Shown here: piece by piece, positions 27,753 through 36,952 of the stretch
Layout of the letters: each line of letters begins with the position of its first letter
Numbering within the stretch: position 1 is the first letter of the stretch
Source: Chloroflexi bacterium UBA6077
Lineage (GTDB): Bacteria; Chloroflexota; UBA6077
DNA length: 64,000 bases
Direction: 5' to 3'
NCBI GenBank assembly: GCA_002436065.1
Contig: DIXP01000022.1
Coordinates: 63,172-127,171 of the forward strand
Program-made: the position numbers and the translations under genes
Notes under the pieces: generated by a model
Seen by the model: the letters and a program-made list of their open reading frames with translations, nothing else
Databases searched by the model: none
What the model was told of the DNA's origin: nothing

Positions 27753-27975
27753 GTCACCTCACTGTACCTCTTCCCCGCCAAAGGGCCTGCGGGGATCAGC
27801 GGATAAATCAGTTGAATGCAGCATGTCAACAGCGCCGCTCAGCGCTGTAAGAACCTATCGACGACAAGTGTTTGACGACGATGCCATTATGAGAGCACAG
27901 ACAGCAGGTAGTTGTCAATCCCCCAAATTTTCTCTTTTCGATGACTTGGATGATCGGCAGCGGCTCACTGTGCCT

Positions 27976-28008
27976 CCGATTTCGCGGCCAATTCGGCCGC
28001 GAAATCGG
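27976..28008. promoter_or_regulatory. perfect 14-bp inverted repeat CCGATTTCGCGGCC-aattc-GGCCGCGAAATCGG in the divergent intergenic region
   Basis: Arms are 27976-27989 and 27995-28008. It sits roughly midway between the module-A operon start (27752, minus) and the nrpR-like start (28266, plus). Confidence 0.4.
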
Positions 28009-28265
28009 TCATCCCCTTTGATGGGTGCAGAAAGGGGCCTGGATTCGCCAGGCAATGGAGGGACTTCATCTCTTGACACACCCCCAGGCGTGTCCTATCA
28101 TAATGCCCGGCGTAAACGACATATTGTTGTCGATAAGGCTGTCTGGCTGGATGACTCGCCATAGTACGAGTATGAGTTTCTGGTGGTCATCGGTGTCGTG
28201 ATTGCCTGACGCCCAATCGATAAGGTAATAATTGAGAAGTACAGTTCCAAAGATCGGTGAGGATT

Positions 28266-29390
28266 ATGCCTGAGCTTGGTGTAGACAACGACACTCGTTT
28301 AGAGATCATGCGTTTCATAGCAGAGATGGATAGTCCTATTGGTGCAGATGCTCTTGCAAGCCTGTTAAAAGATCGCGGAATAAGTCTCACTTCAACTGCC
28401 GTTCGTTACCATCTACGGATGTTGGATCAACAGGGTTTTACCTCGCGAATTGGCAAGCAAGGAAGAGTGATCACATCAAGAGGATGGGACGAATTACAGC
28501 GTTCTCGTGTTGATGCTCGGATGCAGCAAGGACTTGCAGTTTACGAGACGGCGGCACAGGTGGCGGCTCTGGGGTGGGCAAAGGGAAATGGGCATGTTGT
28601 CGGGGCGCTCACAATCTTCCCTACCGAAGAACTCTCCACAGTACTTCTGTATGCAGTCAAGAGCTGTCGGGCTGGTTTGTGCATAAGCGATAGAATGGCA
28701 CTGCTGAAGAGTGGCGATAAGTTCGGCACGAAAGTGATACCTCCAGATAAGACGGGAATAGTAACTGTTGCTACAACCGGCATCGATGGTTTCCTGTTGT
28801 CTAACGGTGTCTTGTTTCGACCTACCTTCGGTGGCATTGTCGAAGTCATAGACTGGCATCCATATCGTTTCGTTGACATCGTGGATTTTGGTCGGGGAAC
28901 TCGCGCTCCTGTGGATATACTGATCTCCTCCGGTAGCACACATTTGCTGGGAATCATAGAGAAAGGCAATGGTCTCTTGCTGGCAGACATACGGGAGATA
29001 ATAGGTGCAGCCAGGGAGCATGTGCTACGCCTTTTGCGCGACATAGAGACGTATGGCCTGGGTGGCGTGCTGATGGTCGGACAGATCGGGCAGCCAGTGA
29101 TGGGCGTTCCAGTGCAGCAGCATACGTTTGGGGTGGCAATGATTGCAGGTATCAATCCTACCGTTGCTGCTTTCGAGGCTGGTGTATCGGCAGAGTATTC
29201 GCTGAACCAGGGAATGATAGACTTTGCATCCCTTCGCTCAGTAGAGCAGTTGGCGCCTACCCTGTTCGATAGGAATCAGTTGGCAGTGGGTGGGCGACTG
29301 GTAATATGGGAGCAGACTGAGCAGGTATCTCTAGATAGGGGGCACCATCTCCGCCAAGAAAGTCGACACGATCTAGAGATACCTGCTTAG
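28266..29390 (+). CDS. NrpR-like transcriptional regulator (winged HTH + DUF128/NrpR regulatory domain), copy 1
   Basis: ORF 28257..29390. DNDTRLEIMRFIAEMDSPIGADALASLLKDRGISLTSTAVRYHLRMLDQQGFTSRIGKQGRVITSRGWDEL matches the N-terminal pattern of methanogen NrpR (AVRYHLK.LD..G...KVG..GR.IT.KG). ATG at 28266 follows GGTGAGGA. Confidence 0.75.
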   Translation: MPELGVDNDTRLEIMRFIAEMDSPIGADALASLLKDRGISLTSTAVRYHLRMLDQQGFTSRIGKQGRVITSRGWDELQRSRVDARMQQGLAVYETAAQVAALGWAKGNGHVVGALTIFPTEELSTVLLYAVKSCRAGLCISDRMALLKSGDKFGTKVIPPDKTGIVTVATTGIDGFLLSNGVLFRPTFGGIVEVIDWHPYRFVDIVDFGRGTRAPVDILISSGSTHLLGIIEKGNGLLLADIREIIGAAREHVLRLLRDIETYGLGGVLMVGQIGQPVMGVPVQQHTFGVAMIAGINPTVAAFEAGVSAEYSLNQGMIDFASLRSVEQLAPTLFDRNQLAVGGRLVIWEQTEQVSLDRGHHLRQESRHDLEIPA

Positions 29391-29524
29391 AACATGATCG
29401 CTTAGCATCTACGTACTCAAGCCTAGAGCTTACCGGGCGTGAGCGAGAGCAAGTGGCAAGCATCAACTTGGCGGTCGTGTCAATGCGCATCGTTGATCTA
29501 TCAGCAGGGGGTGATGGTGACGAT

Positions 29525-30409
29525 TCACTTGATGGGGTCCTGTGCTTGCCCAAGGAACTCACGTTCGTACTGGGTGAAGCGGGTGTAGTCGATCAGTTCG
29601 TACAGCTCCTTACGAGTCATCATACGATCGAGCCAGCCTGTCTGGGTACCGGTGCGCTTTAGATCAACGTAGAAGGCCTGCATTGCCCGCAGCGCCACTC
29701 TAACCGCAGACATGGGGTAGATGACCATCTTGTAGCCCATCTCCTGGAACTGCTGGGCCGTCAGATAGGGAGTCTTACCGAACTCGGTCATGTTGGCCAA
29801 TAAGGGGGCTTTCACCGCCCGGGCATACGCCGCGAACTCCTCTGGCGACGCCATGGCCTCAGGGAATATGGCGTCGGCGCCTGCCTCGGCACAAGCTACA
29901 CCCCGCTTAACAGCCTCGTCGAATCCCAGTGGCGCACGCGCGTCTATGCGAGCAATGATCACGAAGTCCGGATCACGCCGAGCTGCCACGGCCGCGCGGA
30001 CCTTCCCGACCATCTCCTCGAGGGCAATGCATTCTTTCCCCTCGACGTGACCACAGCGCTTGGGCGTAACCTGATCCTCGATGTGCAGGCCGGCGAGCCC
30101 GGCCCGCTCGTATTCCCATACCGTGCGCATGACGTTCATCGCGTTGCCATAGCCGGTATCGGCGTCGGCAATCACCGGTAGTTGTACCGCGTTGCAGATG
30201 TTCTTGGCATTGAACGCCATCTCAGTGAGTGTCAAGAGACCGGTATCGGGCATGCCGGTCATGCTGTTTGACACGCCAGCGCCGGTCATGTACACCGCCT
30301 CGAAGCCAGCCTGTTGGATCAGCCTGGCAGACAGGGCATCGTAAGCCCCCGGCATGACAAGGATGGTGTCTCGCGCCAGCAGCTCACGCAATCGTCGGCT
30401 GGTATGCAT
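29525..30409 (-). CDS. isocitrate lyase/PEP mutase-family enzyme (methylisocitrate lyase PrpB-like / carboxyvinyl-carboxyphosphonate phosphorylmutase-like)
   Basis: ORF 29525..30442. An ATG at 30409 is preceded by GGGGAGGA. VMPGAYDALSARLIQQAGFEAVYMTGAG, IADADTGYGN and GLHIEDQVTPKRCGH match the family. Confidence 0.8.
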   Translation of the reverse strand: MHTSRRLRELLARDTILVMPGAYDALSARLIQQAGFEAVYMTGAGVSNSMTGMPDTGLLTLTEMAFNAKNICNAVQLPVIADADTGYGNAMNVMRTVWEYERAGLAGLHIEDQVTPKRCGHVEGKECIALEEMVGKVRAAVAARRDPDFVIIARIDARAPLGFDEAVKRGVACAEAGADAIFPEAMASPEEFAAYARAVKAPLLANMTEFGKTPYLTAQQFQEMGYKMVIYPMSAVRVALRAMQAFYVDLKRTGTQTGWLDRMMTRKELYELIDYTRFTQYEREFLGQAQDPIK

Positions 30410-30513
30410 AATGAATCCTCCCCTTGATAGTGTGCCGATCATCCGCCGCGACTCCTGACCAAGTCAGTGACGAGCCGGCATCTACCACCCTTCCTCAGCA
30501 GTAGCGGTAAGTG

Positions 30514-30528
30514 AAATATATTATATTC
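30514..30528 (-). promoter_or_regulatory. AT-rich near-palindrome GAATATAATATATTT (operator and/or -10 region)
   Basis: 14 of 15 nt identical to the perfect palindrome GAATATAATATATTC at 43929-43943. Contains TATAAT on the minus strand, about 100 nt upstream of the prpB-like start. Confidence 0.45.
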
Positions 30529-30547
30529 GTGGTTCCGTGCAGACCTC

Positions 30548-31252
30548 CTAGGAGGCCGTGTCTGCCGACCCTTGGCTCTGCTGTGTCTGACCGTCGCGTC
30601 TGTCTAGCAGTTGCGTGAAGCCTGCTTGGACCCTTCTTATTCCCTCTGATATCACAGCTTCTACCCGATCTGCATCCCTTTGCTCACACGCCTGTATCAG
30701 TGCGAGGTTGCGATTCATCGATTCCTCGCGCCATCCTGGCAGCAGCTGGAGCATTCTCCGATAGTGCTGAGTGGCGTTGAAGAGCTCTGAGATCAATTTG
30801 ACCAACCGTTGACTCCCTGAGGCTCGATAGATGGTGAGCCGGAACTCCTTGTTCAGGTCCAGCCATTGCAGGTGCGATACATCAGGGTGTTTCATCTGTT
30901 GGAATAGCTGCTTCAGTTTGACCGCATCATCGTCGGTTAGGCGAGGCACAGCGAGCTGTATTGCGGCCGGCTCCAATATGGACCGAACCAGATACACATC
31001 TGCGACGTCCTGTTTGGAGAGGTCCGCTACTACTGCCCCCCGATAGGGCGCGATCCTCACCAAGCCGATCACGTCCAGCCGCTGCAGCGCCTCGCGTATG
31101 GGTATGATCGACGTCTTGTATTCGATGGCCAGGTCCTGTTGCTGAAGTCTCTGACCTGGTTGCAGCTTGCCCTTAACGATGGCATCGCTGAGTTGCTGGT
31201 AGATCGAGTCGGATATTGTCTTACCGGCGGTTCGGTCCGTTCGATGATTCAT
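30548..31252 (-). CDS. GntR-family transcriptional regulator with FCD (FadR C-terminal) domain
   Basis: 234 aa. The N-terminal wHTH is IYQQLSDAIVKGKLQPGQRLQQQDLAIEYKTSIIPIREALQRLDVIGLV. An all-helical C-terminal domain follows. Confidence 0.85.
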   Translation of the reverse strand: MNHRTDRTAGKTISDSIYQQLSDAIVKGKLQPGQRLQQQDLAIEYKTSIIPIREALQRLDVIGLVRIAPYRGAVVADLSKQDVADVYLVRSILEPAAIQLAVPRLTDDDAVKLKQLFQQMKHPDVSHLQWLDLNKEFRLTIYRASGSQRLVKLISELFNATQHYRRMLQLLPGWREESMNRNLALIQACEQRDADRVEAVISEGIRRVQAGFTQLLDRRDGQTQQSQGSADTAS

Positions 31253-31376
31253 ACCATCCTCGAGATCCTATGTGGAGATACCCTGATGGATTACACTCGC
31301 ATGATGACTGTGCTCTTTACCATGAGTAAGTATCTCATCCACCTTCAGTTCTTGCCACTGGTCGAGACTTCGTTCG

Positions 31377-32306
31377 CTACGCGTCGCCCTCAAGCCCCAA
31401 CAGCTGCCGCGGATTGTCGCAAGCCATTCGCCGTATAACGGCCTCGTCCATGCCCATCTCCAGAAGGGTTCCAATGAACATCCTCATGACTTCAGGCTCA
31501 GGAGGGTTCCATGCCTGAATTGAGTCTGTGGAGATGACACACTGTTCGGGGCCGACAGCCTCGATGGCCTCGACGATGCGCCGAGGATCGAGCCGGTTAT
31601 GCATTGGCATCGTTGTGATGAAACAGTGCTCTACATAGCCGCCCATCTGTGCGATCTGCTTCTGTGCCTCGATGGGGGCTCCTACTGAGCCATTCAGAGG
31701 ATGGTTAAGCAGGAACTTGAGGCCCTTCTCAGAGGCACGCTTGGCGAGGACGAGCGACTCCTCGATGGACAGGTGGCCCGACCCCACGATCATGTCGTGC
31801 CAGCTGCAGATCTCCAATATCTCCTCGACCTCTGGAAGTAACCGGCTTCGGTCGTCGAGAATGCGAATTCCCTGGATTTCTGTCGTGTCGAGTACCTTGA
31901 GGAACTTCTTCATTCTGGCAAGGAAGAGCTTTGCCTTGCTCAGGTCGTTCGCTGAACTCCATGTGGGCATCCACACGATCTTCCCCCCACTCTCTCCCGC
32001 AACGTCGCAGGCGAGGGGGTTGAGTCCTCCCACGGTCCAGTTGAGGGCCACCCCGCCATACACCTTCAGCGGTTTGACCAGTTCCCCCAGATTGTGCGCC
32101 AGGTCGGTGGTGGGGGAGATGTGCGATTTAAGGACAACTGCCGCCATTTTGGCTTCTGCTGCCAGCTGCAGCCAGCTGAGCACGCTCATCCGTGGTCGGT
32201 AATCCAGCGTGAACTCCGGGTAGCTGTGGGCGTGCAGATCAATGGCTCCATCCAGGAGTTGCCCTTCCGTCTGCTGCGTTGCCCAGTACTCCTCCGCTGT
32301 AATCAT
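31377..32306 (-). CDS. amidohydrolase-superfamily (TIM-barrel metal-dependent hydrolase) protein
   Basis: 309 aa. GAIDLHAHS (HxH metal motif) is near the N-terminus, with later His/Asp-containing strands (GSGHLS, ISTDS). Confidence 0.55.
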   Translation of the reverse strand: MITAEEYWATQQTEGQLLDGAIDLHAHSYPEFTLDYRPRMSVLSWLQLAAEAKMAAVVLKSHISPTTDLAHNLGELVKPLKVYGGVALNWTVGGLNPLACDVAGESGGKIVWMPTWSSANDLSKAKLFLARMKKFLKVLDTTEIQGIRILDDRSRLLPEVEEILEICSWHDMIVGSGHLSIEESLVLAKRASEKGLKFLLNHPLNGSVGAPIEAQKQIAQMGGYVEHCFITTMPMHNRLDPRRIVEAIEAVGPEQCVISTDSIQAWNPPEPEVMRMFIGTLLEMGMDEAVIRRMACDNPRQLLGLEGDA

Positions 32307-32429
32307 TACTGTGATATCCTCTCGTTGTTATGATGGTCCCATTACCGTCATCATGGTGCCGCTTCCGCGAGCTACTTTTTCTTCTGTATCCCAAGCATTG
32401 GGGTCAGCTCGGTGAAGACGGCGTCCATT

Positions 32430-32810
32430 TCATCCAACACCTTCCTGGCTAGCCTGTCGTTCGGACAGAACGTCTTCGAGGGCCATCAGCCCGAAGGCCA
32501 TCGCGTGGACCCCCCCGGGGAGTCCGGCAACCGCCATGGTTTGGACCAACTCGGCTCTAGTTACGCCAAGATCCAAGGCGCTGTTGATGTGGTGCTTGAT
32601 CCCCGGCCAGTGCTGAAAGCAGTCGACTCCTATGATGATCAGTTCCTGTACCTTTGGATCCAATACAGACCGATCATACACCGCTCGCCGGAAGTCGCGG
32701 TAGGCGTCTAATAGCTCCGGCGCATCCTGGACGATGACTTTGTGCCATTGACCGACGAAGCCTGTCTCCTCGCGAAACCGTTGAAGGGCTCCCTCAGCGG
32801 CTGAGTCCAT
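32430..32810 (-). CDS. carboxymuconolactone decarboxylase (CMD/AhpD-like) family protein
   Basis: 126 aa. LDPKVQELIIIGVDCFQHWPGIKHHINSALDLGVTRAELVQTMAVA is typical of CMD-family helices. Confidence 0.7.
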   Translation of the reverse strand: MDSAAEGALQRFREETGFVGQWHKVIVQDAPELLDAYRDFRRAVYDRSVLDPKVQELIIIGVDCFQHWPGIKHHINSALDLGVTRAELVQTMAVAGLPGGVHAMAFGLMALEDVLSERQASQEGVG

Positions 32811-32861
32811 CTCAGTTGACCTTCCTTCTTGTTAGTAACTTTTGCCCTGGCGCATGCCCGA

Positions 32862-34220
32862 TTATTGGATGGGTTGACCCAGTAGCGAGAGCAATCCGTC
32901 CAGGCTGCGGACCCGCTCAATGCCGTCGATTTCGATGGCAATCCTCTCAGCGGCATAGCGGTCAATCGCTGTTGTTGCCAGCTCCATGAACTTCTCCAGC
33001 AGCGCATCCCTGGTCATGGGGCGCTCCGGTTCCCCCAAGGGCAGATCGACGGTGCTGCAGAGTCTCCGCCCGTCTGCCAGTCTGACCTCCATCGATACGT
33101 GCCTGCTGTCCTCTCCGAAGGACGGGTCGGCGACCAGGAGAACCTTCTTGGCGGTCGCCATGACCGCTTTGTCTCCAAGTCCGGCCATGTATCCGGAGAG
33201 ACCTGCTCCCTTACCCGAGATCGTCAGCGCGACGGAGTAGGGGGTGCTGAGCTGCGCCGCGATGAAGGACTTGGGCTCCTGGTTCCCCGTTTGGGATGAG
33301 CACAGCGGGCTCACCGTGACGACGATCTCCGCCACCATGTCGGGTGGCAACGGTCCCGTCTCTGCCACGATCTCTCTGGCCGCGTCGATGGAGCTGTTGC
33401 AGAACCTGCAGGAGGCGTAGGGCTTGGTCCCCACCTCCAAGATCCTGAACTCCTCGCCCAGTCCCCGGTTCAGCCAACCCAGGTCCGGCTCATCGGACAT
33501 AGCTCGACAGAAGCCGTGAGGGCCCTCCAGGATGGTCTCTGGGCCGGTGAAGCCAGCGGATGCCAGAAGCGCCGCGTAGATGCCACTCTGAGCACTACGT
33601 CCAGGGTGGAAACGCTCGATCATGGCGCCCTGAGCGAGAAACTCCACAAGTCCCGCTGCCTGAGTGCCGCCGATCCCCAGGGCGTTGGCGGTCTCTTCCA
33701 AACCCAGCGACATAGCCCTGGAGGCGGCGGCAGTCGCTGCGACGGCGCCCACCGTCGCCGTCGTGTGGAAGCCTCGCCGACGATGCGAGGGATTCACCGC
33801 GTAGGCGAGGCGGATCCCGACCTCGTATCCAGCCACGACGGCGACGAGTAACTCATCACCGCTCAGGTGATGCTTCTCGGCGATGGCCAAGGCTGTCGGA
33901 ATGACGGCCGCGCCAGGGTGGAGATAGGTCCAGCGATGGGTGTCGCCCATCTCCACCCCGTGAGCCATGGATCCGTTGGCCAGGACCGCATTGGCTACGG
34001 GTACCTTCAGCCCTTCGCCGATCACCGTTGCCTCCTCAGTCCCGCCCATGGAGCGCACCAAGCCGGTCACCAGACGGCTGGACTCCATCTCGTGGCCGGC
34101 GATCGCGTTGCCAAGCAGGTCCAGGACCAACTCCTTGGTCCTCTCCACTACTTGCCCTGGGAGGTCCGAGTAGCGTAGTTGCGAGCAGAATTGCGCGACC
34201 TGCAGAGTTTCGTTGCTCAC
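32862..34220 (-). CDS. MmgE/PrpD-family protein (2-methylcitrate dehydratase-like), paralogue 1
   Basis: 452 aa. The N-terminus is AQFCSQLRYSDLPGQVVERTKELVLDLLGNAIAG. MAHGVEMGD, HPGAAVIPTALA and KPYASCRFCNSSIDA match the family. Confidence 0.85.
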   Translation of the reverse strand: MSNETLQVAQFCSQLRYSDLPGQVVERTKELVLDLLGNAIAGHEMESSRLVTGLVRSMGGTEEATVIGEGLKVPVANAVLANGSMAHGVEMGDTHRWTYLHPGAAVIPTALAIAEKHHLSGDELLVAVVAGYEVGIRLAYAVNPSHRRRGFHTTATVGAVAATAAASRAMSLGLEETANALGIGGTQAAGLVEFLAQGAMIERFHPGRSAQSGIYAALLASAGFTGPETILEGPHGFCRAMSDEPDLGWLNRGLGEEFRILEVGTKPYASCRFCNSSIDAAREIVAETGPLPPDMVAEIVVTVSPLCSSQTGNQEPKSFIAAQLSTPYSVALTISGKGAGLSGYMAGLGDKAVMATAKKVLLVADPSFGEDSRHVSMEVRLADGRRLCSTVDLPLGEPERPMTRDALLEKFMELATTAIDRYAAERIAIEIDGIERVRSLDGLLSLLGQPIQ

Positions 34221-34276
34221 GACATCATCCCTCTCAACGGACGTTGCGTCCCGGACTCGCCTTCGGACCGTAGAAC

Positions 34277-35662
34277 TTAGAGTGCCAGCGTCTTGGCCAG
34301 GATCCTGGTGTCACTCAGGCTGGGGAGGGACCCTAGAATGCCAAGGGCCTCATCTGTCTTCTTCCGACCCAGGATCGGCTCTGAGAGCGCACGGAATTTC
34401 GCTTCCAACTCGGCTGGCGTGGCCGCGTTCTCAGGGTCGCCCTTGGGCCACTCGACTCGGGCGGAGACGACGCTCCCGTCGGTGCGGGTGATATCGACCT
34501 GGCAAGGATAGCGGGTGGGCCACAGCCGCTCGGCCTCCTCGTCGACCTGCCAGCGGACCTTCTGAGCCAGAGCCAACACGGCCTGATCTCGTATACCCGT
34601 CTCGTTGTACTCCTCAAGGAAGGCGCGGCGCTTGACGATGGCCACCGCAGCGGCGAAGGGTGCGCTGAACTGGGCATCTACGACCGATGTGGGGTTGTAC
34701 TTGCGCTCACGAGGTTCAGTTATCGAGCGCACCAGCGGGTACTCTGCCATGCCGACGACTACCTCGGCGACCTGCTCGGGCCGCAGATCTTCCCGCTGCA
34801 CTATCTCCAGGGTAGCGTCGACGATGGGTGCGGCAAATCGGCAGCACGCGTGCACCTTGATGCTGTTCTCCAGCAGATCCCACTTCTCCCCGAGGCCACC
34901 CGTGATGCGCTCAGGATCGAAGTGGTGCTTGTAGGAGAATGCTGGAAGCCATCCTTCGTCACAAATCAGACTCTCGCTAGGGCCGCGATAGTTTTCTCGA
35001 GACAGATAGGCCGATATCACTCCCGCCATGGCCGCGTGGCCGGCGTGGTATCGCTTGTTCCAGGCCCCATTGGTCCGATGGGTTGTGAGTCCCGCAGACT
35101 GGCTGGCGCCCATGCCTATTGCGCTGACCATCTGCTCGACGCTAAGCCCCAGCAGAGTGCCTGCGGCAACTGCTGCGCCAATGCTCCCGCAGACTCCAGT
35201 GGGATGGAAGCCTTGCAGGTACATGTCCCCTAGATGAGCCTCACCCAGGCGGATCATGATCTCGTAGCCGAGGGCGACGGCATGGATCAGGTCGCGACCG
35301 CTCTTGCCCTCCATTTCGGCGGTGGCGAAGGCAGCGGGTACTATAGCGACACTGGGGTGCTGAGTGCCCTCGCGGTGGTCGTCGTCCAGCTCCAGGGCAT
35401 GCCCCGTGGTGCCGTTGATCAGTGCCGCGAGGGGCGCGGAGGTCCTCTTGTCTCGGGCTATCGCGGTGCAGGAACCATCAACGGGGCCCCATTGGGTGGC
35501 GAGCTTGGCGATGATTTGAGAAGAAGTCGCGGTGGTGCCCCCTACGACGCAGCCCAGATGGTCGGTGATGTATACCTGCGTGGCGTCAACGACGCTGGCG
35601 GGCAGATCCTCATAGCGGGTGCGGACGATCCAATCGGCTATCGATCGCGTGAAGTCGTACAT
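34277..35662 (-). CDS. MmgE/PrpD-family protein, paralogue 2
   Basis: 461 aa. IADWIVRTRYEDLPASVVDATQVYITDHLGCVVGG, GHALELDDDH, HPSVAIVPAAFA and KVHACCRFAAPIVDA match the family. Confidence 0.85.
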   Translation of the reverse strand: MYDFTRSIADWIVRTRYEDLPASVVDATQVYITDHLGCVVGGTTATSSQIIAKLATQWGPVDGSCTAIARDKRTSAPLAALINGTTGHALELDDDHREGTQHPSVAIVPAAFATAEMEGKSGRDLIHAVALGYEIMIRLGEAHLGDMYLQGFHPTGVCGSIGAAVAAGTLLGLSVEQMVSAIGMGASQSAGLTTHRTNGAWNKRYHAGHAAMAGVISAYLSRENYRGPSESLICDEGWLPAFSYKHHFDPERITGGLGEKWDLLENSIKVHACCRFAAPIVDATLEIVQREDLRPEQVAEVVVGMAEYPLVRSITEPRERKYNPTSVVDAQFSAPFAAAVAIVKRRAFLEEYNETGIRDQAVLALAQKVRWQVDEEAERLWPTRYPCQVDITRTDGSVVSARVEWPKGDPENAATPAELEAKFRALSEPILGRKKTDEALGILGSLPSLSDTRILAKTLAL

Positions 35663-35797
35663 CCTAGCTTTCTCCCTAATCTTCAGTGTGCGTGCTTGAC
35701 AGATAGCGGTGTATTACCAGACTCGCACCTCAAGCCCAATCCGGTCGTTCGTCCAATCAGAGGTGCTTTCTCGGCAACTCCCCGCAGTGGACACAGA

Positions 35798-36895
35798 CTA
35801 TTTCTGTTTAGCCAGTTCGATTAGCGGTTTCGCCCAGTCATCCATTTCTGACCAGTAGTTTCCGTACTGCGTCGAATCCATGTAGCTCAGCGCGAGACCC
35901 GCCGTATCGATCTTGCTCTTGAGTTCGTCTGTCTCCATGGCCTTCTTGATGGTGCTATTCAGGACATCCACTACCTCCTTGGGAGTACCGGCTGGTGCGG
36001 CTATGCCGTAGGTTGCGATGACTACGACTTTGAACCCCTGTGCCTCCATGGTCTTGACGCCCGGATAAAATTTGCTTTCCTCGGTATCCATGACCCCAAG
36101 GGGACGGACCGTACCTGCTTTGAAGTTCGACAGGAAATTCGAGGCCGAGGCAGAGACGGCGTCGACGTGGCCACCCAGAAGCGCGGTGACGGCCTGTCCT
36201 CCAGCATCGAAGTGAACATAGGCGAAGTCGACACCGGCTGCCCTCTGCAGCGCCAGGGCTCCCAGATGGGGTGAACCCATGAGCCCTGGAGTTGCGATTC
36301 CGATCTTCCCTGGGTTCGCCTTGGCGGCGTTCACCAGATCATTCAGGGTCTTGTACGGGCTGTCAGACTTAACTGCAATCGTGATGGGCTCGGAGGTGTA
36401 CAGAGCCACCGGCTGGAAATCCTTGCGGCTGTAGGTAGCCTTGCGCTCGGGATCCAGATAGGTGGTCATAATCGTCGGGATGCTGACAATGCCCAGGTTG
36501 TAACCATCGGGCTTTGCCTTGGCCAGCTCGGCGGAGGCGACCTGCGTGGCTGCACCGGCTTTGTTGGCAACTTCGACTGGGACCTGTAGTTCCTTCTCCA
36601 TCAGCGGGGCCAACAGTCGGGCTGCAATGTCGGAAGCGCCGCCTGCTGCAAATGGGACGGTTAGGATGATAGGCTGGCCTTTGGTTGGCCACTCCGCCTT
36701 CTTGGCCTGCGCGGAGGGCTGAGCTGCAGCCTTGGTTGGCTCGGCCGAAGTTTTGGCAGGCTCTGCAGCCTTGGTTGGTGCAGCAGCGGCCTTGGTGGGC
36801 GTTGGTGCAGTGGCCGCTGGTGCACATCCCGCGATCAACAGGACCACCGCAATGGACACAAACACCAGAGAGATAGATATGCGCTTCATCTTCAA
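35798..36895 (-). CDS. tctC: TctC/Bug-family substrate-binding lipoprotein with long Ala/Pro/Thr/Lys linker
   Basis: Lipobox LLIAGC, a ~45-aa low-complexity linker, then ILTVPFAAGGASDIAARL. Confidence 0.8.
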   Translation of the reverse strand: MKMKRISISLVFVSIAVVLLIAGCAPAATAPTPTKAAAAPTKAAEPAKTSAEPTKAAAQPSAQAKKAEWPTKGQPIILTVPFAAGGASDIAARLLAPLMEKELQVPVEVANKAGAATQVASAELAKAKPDGYNLGIVSIPTIMTTYLDPERKATYSRKDFQPVALYTSEPITIAVKSDSPYKTLNDLVNAAKANPGKIGIATPGLMGSPHLGALALQRAAGVDFAYVHFDAGGQAVTALLGGHVDAVSASASNFLSNFKAGTVRPLGVMDTEESKFYPGVKTMEAQGFKVVVIATYGIAAPAGTPKEVVDVLNSTIKKAMETDELKSKIDTAGLALSYMDSTQYGNYWSEMDDWAKPLIELAKQK

Positions 36896-36952
36896 ATCCT
36901 TAACTCACTCCTGGAACGCTACAACGTGTTCGCTGAGACCGAAACCATAACA

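Noticed and set aside
27823-28164. 113-aa ORF inside the nrpR-like/operon-A intergenic region.
   Set aside because: It has no RBS and no recognisable family. It spans the palindromic elements and looks like a chance ORF in a regulatory region. A small real gene cannot be fully excluded.
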